Shown here one piece after another: positions 18,674 to 27,428 of a stretch of 64,000 bases of DNA. The position numbers were made by a program, and so were the translations under genes. The DNA lies in the NCBI GenBank assembly GCA_964612825.1, contig CAZTCW010000032.1, forward strand, positions 7,272 to 71,271, written 5' to 3'. This stretch comes from an uncultured Dehalococcoidia bacterium (GTDB lineage Bacteria > Chloroflexota > Dehalococcoidia > Lucifugimonadales > UBA1127). Numbering within the stretch: the first letter of the stretch is position 1; each line of letters starts with the position of its first letter. The notes under the pieces are model-generated. The model made no database searches. It saw only the letters and a list, made by a program, of their open reading frames with translations, and had not been told where the DNA came from.

Positions 18674-19909
18674 CTATGATGGAATGATTTTGCTCGTTGT
18701 TTCAAGCCATTCCGGTTCCTTTCGAGGCAAAACCCATATCAAAAAAGCCGAAAACCCAGCTAGAACCCCGACAAGTAAAATCGACAAGGACAAATCGAAT
18801 TCCCCTAGAATTCCTGACAGCAAACTTCCGAAAGCACCAACGATTTCCCCGCCAGCCAACACCACCCCCATGACTGCTGTTTGCCGACCTCCAATTATAC
18901 TCAATAACAACGCTCTCATGGAGGGCAGCAATCCCAGAAGTAAAAACCCAATGATGATAATTCCTACAACAAGATGGGCAATCTCACGTCCGAAAACAAT
19001 GACTATGGTAGATCCCATAACTCCTACCAAACTGAAAATTATCATCTTCCGTTGGAATCGAGAATCAGCTAATACCCCTAATAATGGTGCGCCTACTGCC
19101 CCACAGAGGATCATCAAGGAGAACAACGACCCGGTTAGGCCAGAGGAAAGATTCCATTCTGACTGCAGATATAAGGGAATCATAGTAAATAGCCCGATAA
19201 TAGCCATGCTGTGGAATCCCAATGCTAGGAATATCGCTAAGCTCGCCGGACTTCCCATTAGTCGGAGAATAGGTCTTATGTCATGAATTCCAAAGGATCC
19301 ATGCAATGGAAGCTGAACATACTTCTTCATACGTAGAAATAGCAAACCCACTGCAAATGCAGGGATCAAGGTACCTTGCATAACTTGGCGCCAACCAGTG
19401 ACCATAAGAAAGAAACCTACACTGATAGGAGCAATTACTTCTGCAACAGACCCCCCGACAAAGTGAACCCCGAAGGCAAAGGCTTTTCTGGTCGGCATCC
19501 GCTCAGCCAAAGTTCCCATTGCTACCGGGTGCCAGGCCGCCGCAGATGCCGCGCCAATGACCATAAAAGCTAGGAACAAGAAATAATAACTAGATACGGA
19601 CCCCAAAAAATAGCTCACACCCACGAGAAATAGGGTAAGAGGGAACAATTGTCGACGACGATTAGTTTCTCCAATAAGCGCAGCGGGGATATGGGCACAC
19701 CCTCCTCCAAGAATCATCGCGGTAAACAGATAGCCAATTTGGGTGGGGCTCATACCAAAACTTGTCGCGACTGCGGGAGCCAATAGCCACATGGCCCCAA
19801 AGGGGAAATCAACTGCACCATGTCCTGTGGGAAACCCCACAAAATATAGCCATTTTTCGAGTGGGGTCAACGACTTATCCAATAAGTTTTCCTGCGGGTA
19901 ATTACTCAT
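18674..19909 (-). CDS. MFS transporter
   Basis: About 12 TM with MFS-like loop motifs. Start set at ATG 19909 (MSNYPQ...) because the ORF-track extension to 19957 overlaps tRNA-Ala. Confidence 0.85.
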   Translation of the reverse strand: MSNYPQENLLDKSLTPLEKWLYFVGFPTGHGAVDFPFGAMWLLAPAVATSFGMSPTQIGYLFTAMILGGGCAHIPAALIGETNRRRQLFPLTLFLVGVSYFLGSVSSYYFLFLAFMVIGAASAAAWHPVAMGTLAERMPTRKAFAFGVHFVGGSVAEVIAPISVGFFLMVTGWRQVMQGTLIPAFAVGLLFLRMKKYVQLPLHGSFGIHDIRPILRLMGSPASLAIFLALGFHSMAIIGLFTMIPLYLQSEWNLSSGLTGSLFSLMILCGAVGAPLLGVLADSRFQRKMIIFSLVGVMGSTIVIVFGREIAHLVVGIIIIGFLLLGLLPSMRALLLSIIGGRQTAVMGVVLAGGEIVGAFGSLLSGILGEFDLSLSILLVGVLAGFSAFLIWVLPRKEPEWLETTSKIIPS

Positions 19910-19917
19910 AGCAATTG

Positions 19918-19993
19918 TGGTGGAGCTGAGGAGACTCGAACTCCTGACCCCCTGCATGCAAAGCAGGTGCTCTCCCAGCTGAGCTACAGCCCC
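19918..19993 (-). tRNA. tRNA-Ala (anticodon UGC), CCA encoded
   Basis: Reverse complement GGGGCUGUAGCUCAGCUGGGAGAGCACCUGCUUUGCAUGCAGGGGGUCAGGAGUUCGAGUCUCCUCAGCUCCACCA. Cloverleaf folds by eye, with the G3:U70 Ala identity pair and anticodon loop UU-UGC-AU. Confidence 0.95.
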
Positions 19994-20063
19994 ATGAATT
20001 TATCTTATCATCTATAGAGTGATTTTGTAATTAATGACATCAAAGGGAACCCCTAGAGAGAAT

Positions 20064-21263
20064 TTAGGTTTTAGCGGTTATTTCCCGGACAGTGTTAATG
20101 TCTTTATCCCCTCTACCGGAAAGACCCATAAGGATGACAGATTCGGCTTCTAAGTGCGGAGCCAATTGTTGAATATAGGCGAGAGCATGAGCCGGTTCCA
20201 AGGCACAAATTATCCCTTCTGTTCGAGACAATAATTCAAATGCCGCCAAAGCCTCGTCATCAGTTGCCGACACATAATTAACACGCCCCGAATCCTTGAG
20301 AAAGGAATGTTCTGGTCCAACTCCAGGGTAATCTAATCCAGCGGAGATACTGTGGGTTTCCCGTACTTGACCATGATCGTCTTGAAGCAAGTAGGAATGG
20401 GACCCATGTATAACACCTGGGCGCCCCGCCACCAAGGTAGCGGCATGTTTCTGAGTTGATAATCCCAAACCTCCAGCTTCTACTCCAATGAGTTTCACTG
20501 TTTCATCAGGGACAAATTGGTGGAAGAGCCCGATAGAATTACTTCCACCACCTACACAGGCAACGACATAATTCGGGAGGCGCCCTTCGACGTCCAGAAT
20601 CTGTTGACGAGCTTCCCTCCCAATAATTGATTGAAAGTCTCTCACCATCAATGGATACGGATGTGGCCCCACCGCGCTTCCAATCAAATAATAAGTTGAG
20701 CGTACATTGGTAACCCAATCTCTCATAGCTTCATTAATCGCATCCTTTAACGTCTTAGTCCCGGCATCAACTGATCGGACCTCAGCACCTAAAAGTTCCA
20801 TCCTGTAAACGTTAACCGACTGTCTGGAAATATCTTCCGAGCCCATATAAACCACACAATCGAGCCCAAGCATTGCGCAAACGGTCGCTGTGGCAACTCC
20901 ATGTTGTCCCGCGCCGGTTTCTGCAATAATCCGATTTTTTCCCATGTGACGAGCGAGTAATGCTTGCCCTAAGGCATTATTAATTTTATGAGCCCCGGTA
21001 TGGGCGAGATCCTCCCTTTTGAGATACAACCGGACATCTCCCCAACTTTCACTGAGATTTGCGGCGTAATACAACGAAGTAGGACGCCCGACATAATTCT
21101 TCAGTAGGCCTGAAAGCTTTGATTGAAATTCGGGATCAGTCTTTACCGCCATGTAGGCTTCTTCTAATTCCCCAATAGCAGCCATCAGGGTCTCTGGGAC
21201 AAAACGGCCTCCAAAATCGCCGAAGCGCCCCCGAGCATCAGGAAAAACACCCTCGTTACGCAT
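20064..21263 (-). CDS. trpB: Tryptophan synthase beta chain
   Basis: Canonical TrpB sequence ([27 protein letters not shown]-Lys motif, GGGSNSIG). Confidence 0.95.
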   Translation of the reverse strand: MRNEGVFPDARGRFGDFGGRFVPETLMAAIGELEEAYMAVKTDPEFQSKLSGLLKNYVGRPTSLYYAANLSESWGDVRLYLKREDLAHTGAHKINNALGQALLARHMGKNRIIAETGAGQHGVATATVCAMLGLDCVVYMGSEDISRQSVNVYRMELLGAEVRSVDAGTKTLKDAINEAMRDWVTNVRSTYYLIGSAVGPHPYPLMVRDFQSIIGREARQQILDVEGRLPNYVVACVGGGSNSIGLFHQFVPDETVKLIGVEAGGLGLSTQKHAATLVAGRPGVIHGSHSYLLQDDHGQVRETHSISAGLDYPGVGPEHSFLKDSGRVNYVSATDDEALAAFELLSRTEGIICALEPAHALAYIQQLAPHLEAESVILMGLSGRGDKDINTVREITAKT

Positions 21264-21287
21264 TTAGATTCCTCAACTTTCGTCAAT

Positions 21288-22004
21288 TCACAGATTAGAA
21301 AACGTATCCCGAGCGATTTGAACAAATTCCCTAATCTTCCCTGAATCCTTTATTTGGTTGGTTTCCACCCCACTTGAAACATCAACACCGAAAGGGACCA
21401 CGGCCTCAATCGCATTCTTCAAATTGGTTGGGGTCAAGCCACCCGCTAGCAAGAATCTATGTTGTTTATCGGACAATTCTTTAGCAAGAGTCCAATCGAA
21501 CTGCCTCCCCGTTCCCCCTGGTTGATGTTCTGAAGACCGGTCTAAAATAGCCAGAACCCCACTTCGTTCCACCTCATTCAGAGAACACTCCAATGATTCC
21601 AAAACGCTCATTCGCCTTAATAGACTATCCTCTACAGGGGGAACATGCAGCACTTTAAATATAGGACAATCTATAGATTTCCAGTAATCGACCGTTTCCT
21701 CGCCACAGAGTTGAACCCAATCAAGACCAACATATTCAACTATCCGATTTACCTCTGAAGACGGTTGGTCACAAAATAACCCAACAAATGAAGGGCTTTG
21801 TTGTTTGGGGATTGATGAGTGACCGAAATCTTTTTTCAATCTAGATACTATCTCTTTTGCTACTTCGGGTTGAACCTCTCGTCTAACCCCATGGACAAAT
21901 ACCATTCCAAGTAAATCTGCTCCAGTCGAAGCTGCATCCTGGAAATGGGAGTACTCCCGAAGGCCACAAATCTTTATTACTCTGGAAGGTAACGAGGTTT
22001 TCAA
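21288..22004 (-). CDS. trpF: Phosphoribosylanthranilate isomerase
   Basis: VKICGL N-terminus and C-terminal LAGGL.P.N...A......GVDVSSGVE motif. The TTG start overlaps the trpC stop (TTGA). Confidence 0.85.
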   Translation of the reverse strand: MKTSLPSRVIKICGLREYSHFQDAASTGADLLGMVFVHGVRREVQPEVAKEIVSRLKKDFGHSSIPKQQSPSFVGLFCDQPSSEVNRIVEYVGLDWVQLCGEETVDYWKSIDCPIFKVLHVPPVEDSLLRRMSVLESLECSLNEVERSGVLAILDRSSEHQPGGTGRQFDWTLAKELSDKQHRFLLAGGLTPTNLKNAIEAVVPFGVDVSSGVETNQIKDSGKIREFVQIARDTFSNL

Positions 22005-22801
22005 TCTGTCTCCTTGCCACGACCTAAAAGGTCCTTCACGCGATTCCCAGGATTTTCCGCAGTCATGAGGGCTTCACCAACAAGTACAGCATGCACTCCA
22101 TACTGGGAAAGGTTTACAAGATCTTCGTGAGATGAGATCCCACTTTCGCTTACCACAATTTTGCCTCTAGGGATCTTTGGAGCAAGTAGCCTAGTAACAG
22201 AAAGATCAGTTTGAAAACTTTTCAAATCTCGATTGTTTATTCCGATTATTTCTGCCCCTGCTTCCAAAGCGCGGTTCAATTCCCCCTCATCATGGATTTC
22301 GACAAGGCATTGGAGCCAAAGATTCCCTGCCAGTTCAAGAAGTGCCCTAAGATTAGGTTGTTCAAGGGCAGCTACGATAAGTAAAATGGCATCAGCCCCG
22401 TTTGCCCGAGCTTCAAAAACTTGATAAGGGTCGATAATAAAGTCTTTCCGCAAAACCGGGGTTCCAAACGGTACCACGCTCTCAGAAACCGCCTTGAGGT
22501 GTGAAATTTCCCCTTGGAAGTGCTGATCCGTCAGGACAGAAATTGCAGCAGCACCCGATTCCGCATAACTTAATGCAATCTGTGCAGGATGAAACTCAGA
22601 CCGGAGGAGACCTTTTGAAGGAGATGCTTTTTTGATTTCCGCGATAAGACGGATCTCATCTGCCATCAAAGCACCAGAAAGATTTAGGATTGTTTTGGAA
22701 CCCTGAATTTGTCCCTCTAACGATGATAGAGGAATATCAACTTTTCGCCTCTCTAGTTCAATCTTTTTTTTATTTATAATTTGGTCAAGTATGGAATCCA
22801 T
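22001..22801 (-). CDS. trpC: Indole-3-glycerol phosphate synthase
   Basis: IAEIKKASPSKG, RKDFIIDPYQ and INNRDL motifs. Confidence 0.9.
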   Translation of the reverse strand: MDSILDQIINKKKIELERRKVDIPLSSLEGQIQGSKTILNLSGALMADEIRLIAEIKKASPSKGLLRSEFHPAQIALSYAESGAAAISVLTDQHFQGEISHLKAVSESVVPFGTPVLRKDFIIDPYQVFEARANGADAILLIVAALEQPNLRALLELAGNLWLQCLVEIHDEGELNRALEAGAEIIGINNRDLKSFQTDLSVTRLLAPKIPRGKIVVSESGISSHEDLVNLSQYGVHAVLVGEALMTAENPGNRVKDLLGRGKETD

Positions 22802-22919
22802 GATTTTTGCCCTTTGCAGATGAGGTCGTTCCTATCCGGTTTCTCGGATTCCCTCAGATACAATCTTTCTAAGCATGTGAGGGAGGCCTCAACGATATAA
22901 AATGTTCACCCACCCCCAT

Positions 22920-23930
22920 TTATAACCCTTGACTGAATTCCGCAAAGAGGACCATCTTTTTCCAGGGTTCCCCGGTGGCAAGAATTTCTTTGGCCTGTCT
23001 GACTCCAGACTCAACATCAGACACCTTGTTTGCCACATACAAAGCAGCACCCGAATTGAAAGCAACCGCATCGGAAAGAGGGCCTGGTTCGCCGCCCAAG
23101 ACAGCTTCCATTAAACTCCGATTGGTGTCAGCATCTCCCCCTTTTATGACCCCAGGCTGTTGAACTTCCAAACCGACATCACTCGGAGAAAGAGTAAAAG
23201 TTTCCACTTTATGGTGCTTCAACTCCCAAATTTGGTTTCCAGAGTTCAGGGTAAGTTCATCGGCGCCATCTCCGCCATGGACTACGAAAGCATGTTCGCA
23301 TCCAAGCCTATCCAAGACCAAAGCCATCGTCTCTCCGAGCTCAGGTCTCGCCACACCAAGAACTTGGGATCGAGGGGCAGCGGGATTAGTAAGCGGCCCT
23401 AAAATATTAAATACGGTGCGGATACCAATTTCTCTTCGAGGATCAGCCGCGAAGCGCATAGCAGGATGGAAGACTGGGGCGAACATGAATCCAATTCCAA
23501 TTTCCCTGATACATTTTTCTACTTCCTGAGGGCCAACATCGATTCGGACTCCACAGGCTTCCAAGACATCGGCGCTCCCACAAACGCTTGAAGCTGCCCT
23601 ATTCCCATGTTTCGCAACCTTGAGTCCCGCAGCCGCAACGACTAAAGCCGTAGCAGTAGAGATATTGAATGTGCCCAATCCGTCCCCACCCGTACCACAG
23701 GTGTCCACTAAATCTTCAGTTAGAGAAACTTTTAAAGAATTCCTACGCATGGTCCGAGCCATCCCCAAAATTTCCTCGACTGTTTCACCTTTTATGCGTA
23801 AAGCCGTAATAAAGGAGGCAATTTGGGCTGCGGAGGCTCGACCTGTCATGATTTCTTGCATTGTAGTGGCAGCTTCATCGGAATCCAGGTCCCGACCTGA
23901 AACGATTGCTTCAATTGCTTCGCGAATCAT
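22920..23930 (-). CDS. trpD: Anthranilate phosphoribosyltransferase
   Basis: DTCGTGGDG, KHGNRA and GPLTNP motifs. Confidence 0.92.
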   Translation of the reverse strand: MIREAIEAIVSGRDLDSDEAATTMQEIMTGRASAAQIASFITALRIKGETVEEILGMARTMRRNSLKVSLTEDLVDTCGTGGDGLGTFNISTATALVVAAAGLKVAKHGNRAASSVCGSADVLEACGVRIDVGPQEVEKCIREIGIGFMFAPVFHPAMRFAADPRREIGIRTVFNILGPLTNPAAPRSQVLGVARPELGETMALVLDRLGCEHAFVVHGGDGADELTLNSGNQIWELKHHKVETFTLSPSDVGLEVQQPGVIKGGDADTNRSLMEAVLGGEPGPLSDAVAFNSGAALYVANKVSDVESGVRQAKEILATGEPWKKMVLFAEFSQGL

Positions 23931-24000
23931 ATATGGTCCCCCTTATTAAACCTATGCGGATTAATCAATCCAATAACGTAAACTGATTACTGATATTATC

Positions 24001-24630
24001 CTAATTGGAATGAATCGGGTATTCTCCAAGAAAATTCCTCAAAATATCCTTGCCTGAAGGTGTGAGAATTGACTCAGGGTGAAATTGAACCCCTTCCACT
24101 GGATATTCCTTGTGACGGAGCCCCATGATTAACCCATTATCCGTCCATGCGCTTATCTCTAAACATTCCGGTAATGATTTATTAAACACCACTAAAGAAT
24201 GATATCTAATAGCCTGAAATGGACTCTGAATATTCCTTAAAACACCCTTTCCATCGTGAAAGATTTCGGAGGTTTTCCCATGAATAATTTCTCCAGCCCG
24301 ATCGACGATGCCACCGAAAGAGAATCCGATGCACTGATGACCTAGACACACACCTAAAACGGGAATCCTGGCCCCAAATTTTGCGACAACTTCATTCGAA
24401 ATGCCGGCTTCCTTAGGGGTGCATGGGCCTGGAGAAATAAGAATACGGGCAGGATTTAGGGCCTCTATCTCTTTTATAGTGATTTTGTCATTGCGCTCAA
24501 CCAGTACCTGTGCGCCTAGTTCGCTCAGATATTGGTAAAGGTTATAGGTGAAGCTATCATAATTATCGATAAGAAGAATCATCGTGCCATTCCCATACGA
24601 ATTTTGATTTTTGCTCGGTATGTAAACCAC
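24001..24630 (-). CDS. trpG: Anthranilate synthase component II (glutamine amidotransferase)
   Basis: IDNYDSFTYNL, the catalytic triad context GVCLGHQ, and HPES. The true start is probably the ATG at 24582 (MILLIDNYD). Confidence 0.9.
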   Translation of the reverse strand: MVYIPSKNQNSYGNGTMILLIDNYDSFTYNLYQYLSELGAQVLVERNDKITIKEIEALNPARILISPGPCTPKEAGISNEVVAKFGARIPVLGVCLGHQCIGFSFGGIVDRAGEIIHGKTSEIFHDGKGVLRNIQSPFQAIRYHSLVVFNKSLPECLEISAWTDNGLIMGLRHKEYPVEGVQFHPESILTPSGKDILRNFLGEYPIHSN

Positions 24631-24666
24631 GCATTTTTGGGTATTCTACTGGCCTAAACCTTCCCA

Positions 24667-26118
24667 TCACATTGCCTCCGCCTGCTCGATTGCCCTCATC
24701 AACGCTTGGGATTTATGCAACGTTTCCATATATTCAGATTCCGGGATGCTATCATAGACTACACCCCCACCAGATTGCACATAAGCGATTCCATCTTTAA
24801 TGACCATGGTCCTGATGGTAATGGCAGTGTCCATATTCCCCTGGAAACTAAAGTACCCGACAGCTCCTCCGTAGGGACCGCGACGCTGTCCTTCCAGTTC
24901 AGAAATAATCTCCATAGCTCGAATCTTTGGAGCGCCGGACAACGTCCCTGCGGGCAGGCATGAGCGCAAAGCGTCGTAAATAGATTTTGAAGGGTCGAGT
25001 TGTCCTTGAACTTCAGATTCCAAATGCATCACATGAGAATAATGAACGACCCGCATAAGATCATTCACTTTAACTGACCCCGGTTGGCTCACTCGCCCGA
25101 CATCATTTCGACCCAAATCTACCAACATGATATGCTCAGCCTGTTCTTTTTCATCAGATCGTAGACCTTCAGCGAGGATACGATCCTCTTCGGGTGTCTC
25201 GCCGCGGGGCCTGGTACCTGCTAGAGGAAAATTTAGTACCACTCCATCTTCAACCCGCACAAGCAATTCTGGTGATGCTCCCACAATATGAAATTCATCC
25301 AAATCTAGATAATACATGTATGGAGACGGGTTGATTGCCCGTAGTGAACGGTAGATGTTTAGAGGAGAAGCTGAGGTAGGTCGGGCAAATCTTTGAGAAG
25401 GTACCACCTGTATAATGTCGCCCGCGATAATATATTCTTTCGCCTTTTCGACCAACTTCAAATAATCTTCCTTAGAAAAATTTGAACTGACTTTAGGAGG
25501 CGTATTTTCAATTACAGGGGTTGGATTCGACCGATGCATTCTAGGAAGTGGCCGTTCAAGCCTCCGAATAATTGAATCAATTTTTTTTGTTGCCTTAATA
25601 TAGGATTTTTTGATGTCTTTCCCGATATAGGCATGACTTACAACCTGAATTTTATGCCGAACGTGGTCAAAAATAAGTAAAGTATCTGTCAGCATAAACA
25701 AAGATTCCGGAAGGGATAGAGGGTCGTTATCTGGTGGTTCGACCTTAGGTTCGGAATAACAGACCGTGTCATAGGCTAAATATCCAACCATTCCCCCATG
25801 AAACCGAGGCAGGCCTTTCACTGGAACCAATGTAAATCTTCCCAATTCCTTTTCAATTAGTGATAAAGGGTCGACATTCCCGTCTGGGAACCCGTTTCCG
25901 GTTTTAATAATTTTGGAGGGTTCCGTTCCAATAAAACTATAACGGGCTTGTCTTTCTCCACCTTCTACACTTTCTAAAAGAAAGGAATAAGGAGGCCGAG
26001 CAACCTTCAGGTAGGCGGTAACTGGAGTTTCAAGATCGGCATTTATTTCTTTGAAAATCGGGATGAGATTCCCATGATTTGTTAAATTTTCCATTTCCTC
26101 TAAAGGCGGGTAATACAT
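24667..26118 (-). CDS. trpE: Anthranilate synthase component I
   Basis: Chorismate-binding family motifs (LLESVEGGE, GAVGY, GGGVVYDS). Strong SD GGGAGGAG upstream. Confidence 0.95.
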   Translation of the reverse strand: MYYPPLEEMENLTNHGNLIPIFKEINADLETPVTAYLKVARPPYSFLLESVEGGERQARYSFIGTEPSKIIKTGNGFPDGNVDPLSLIEKELGRFTLVPVKGLPRFHGGMVGYLAYDTVCYSEPKVEPPDNDPLSLPESLFMLTDTLLIFDHVRHKIQVVSHAYIGKDIKKSYIKATKKIDSIIRRLERPLPRMHRSNPTPVIENTPPKVSSNFSKEDYLKLVEKAKEYIIAGDIIQVVPSQRFARPTSASPLNIYRSLRAINPSPYMYYLDLDEFHIVGASPELLVRVEDGVVLNFPLAGTRPRGETPEEDRILAEGLRSDEKEQAEHIMLVDLGRNDVGRVSQPGSVKVNDLMRVVHYSHVMHLESEVQGQLDPSKSIYDALRSCLPAGTLSGAPKIRAMEIISELEGQRRGPYGGAVGYFSFQGNMDTAITIRTMVIKDGIAYVQSGGGVVYDSIPESEYMETLHKSQALMRAIEQAEAM

Positions 26119-26138
26119 AAGAGAACTCCTCCCAGATT

Positions 26139-26400
26139 AAAACAAAAAGATCTCCCCCCCAAGGGGCGAGATCTCTCTCACGGTGCCACCCTTATTAACC
26201 CCTGAGACATATCAGGAGCACTTAACACAGCCCTCGCTGGATCCTAAATCCAACCAAACCTGCTAGCCTTTAACGGGGCCAAATCGGCAAGGCCTACGGC
26301 TTCCCTTTTCTCAGAGAAGTTCAACCTGCGGCTCCTGGGTCCATTCATTCCGGCGCTGGTGCCAAGGTTCCACCTTTCCCCGGCTCTCTTTTTCCCCGCT
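26139..26400 (-). promoter_or_regulatory. T-box riboswitch leader (Trp specifier UGG) with intrinsic terminator
   Basis: Minus strand shows stem I with AGAGAG, a specifier-loop candidate GAA-UGG-A (UGG at 26341..26343) and the conserved T-box AAGGGUGGCACCGUG. The terminator is AGAUCUCGCCCC-UUG-GGGGGGAGAUCU plus a U-run (26148..26177). The bulge UGGC is complementary to GCCA (G73, as in bacterial tRNA-Trp). Confidence 0.85.
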
Positions 26401-26566
26401 TTGGAATTACTCTTCCCATTCGCAGCCTTTTTCTTATTCCAGCAAGTATATGAGGTTGGGAAGATTTATGTCAATGGAAACGTCTGGTTTATTACATCCT
26501 CGGAGTTGGGAACGGTACACCATGATATACTGACATCCAACCGATCGATTTGGAGGCTGAATCCCA

Positions 26567-27244
26567 GTGTCCACGGTATTATTGTATTGCAATAATGATA
26601 AACAGTTCGCCGAGCTAACCCGTGTTTTCGAAGAGAAAGGCTTCCAGATCAAACGGGCACTCTCTTGTGAAGAACTAAATCGGTTCTCCGAGACAGAACA
26701 CCCAGCGCTATTATTCCTTGATTTTACCCTAACCCCCAACAGAGAAATCCAAAAGATTTCTTTAACCTGCCAGAATATCAACATTCCCAGCCTCGCGCTG
26801 TTCAGCACGGAAGTTTTGACAAATTACACTCAACTGATTGAAGCTGACGATTTTCTCGTAGCACCCCCTGATTCGACTGAACTAACGTTTCGAATACGTA
26901 ATCTGTTGTGGAATTCTAACGGTCACAGTAATCTTAACCACATCCAAATTGGCGGACTTGTGATAAATCAGGAAAAATACGAGGTTCTCCTTGATCATGA
27001 AAAAATCAGTCTCACTTTCAAAGAGTATGAACTTCTTCGACTAATGGCTTCTTCTCCAGGCAGAGTGTTTACAAGAGAGGGGCTATTATCACAAATCTGG
27101 GGGTACGATTACTTCGGGGGAACACGTACAGTCGATGTTCATATCCGTAGGCTTAGGAGCAAAATTGAAAATTCCCGACACTCATTTATCGAAACGGTAT
27201 GGAATGTTGGGTACCGATTCGTTGAAAATTCAGGAGCCCGCTGA
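26567..27244 (+). CDS. OmpR/PhoB-family response regulator with degenerate receiver domain (orphan; GlnR-like by context)
   Basis: The C-terminal winged helix is canonical (TRTVDVHIRRLRSKIE...VWNVGYRF). The receiver acidic pocket reads CNND instead of DD(D/E), the conserved Lys region reads FLVAPP instead of TKPF, and an Asp is retained in LLFLDF. GTG start with GGAGG 10 nt upstream. No adjacent histidine kinase. Confidence 0.8.
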   Translation: MSTVLLYCNNDKQFAELTRVFEEKGFQIKRALSCEELNRFSETEHPALLFLDFTLTPNREIQKISLTCQNINIPSLALFSTEVLTNYTQLIEADDFLVAPPDSTELTFRIRNLLWNSNGHSNLNHIQIGGLVINQEKYEVLLDHEKISLTFKEYELLRLMASSPGRVFTREGLLSQIWGYDYFGGTRTVDVHIRRLRSKIENSRHSFIETVWNVGYRFVENSGAR

Positions 27245-27298
27245 ACTTACTCCGGTGCTTTCTCCAACCTCACGATGCCCCATCAATATAAGGATGAC

Positions 27299-27336
27299 GT
27301 AACACTAATGTTACAATGATGTAACATTAAGGAAAC
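27299..27336 (+). promoter_or_regulatory. Four-pentamer operator GTAAC-n6-GTTAC-n6-GTAAC-n6-GAAAC (GlnR-box-like) upstream of amt
   Basis: Exact 11-nt periodicity read from the sequence. It lies 93-130 nt upstream of the amt ATG and matches the actinobacterial GlnR a-b-a-b box pattern gTnAc-n6-GaAAc-n6-GtnAC-n6-GAAAC (from memory). Confidence 0.5.
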
Positions 27337-27428
27337 ATTTATCTACTATCCTGTCAGAAAAGAGGTTCTTATTTGGGGAATTCTATTTAAGAATCTCGCA
27401 GCCAACATATTTAGCTTGGAGGGATAAA

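Noticed and set aside
18684-19286. 200-aa plus-strand ORF antisense to the MFS gene
   Set aside because: Antisense shadow ORF with a Pro/Asn/Ile-rich translation, no motifs and no SD.
19910-19957. 5' extension of the MFS ORF (MQGVRSSSLLSSTTIA...)
   Set aside because: It overlaps the tRNA-Ala gene on the same strand, so the in-frame ATG at 19909 is used instead.
26359-26808. ORFs 26359..26595 (+) and 26434..26808 (-) in the trpE-leader/regulator intergenic region
   Set aside because: They overlap the T-box leader and the 5' end of the regulator gene. They have no SD and no motifs.
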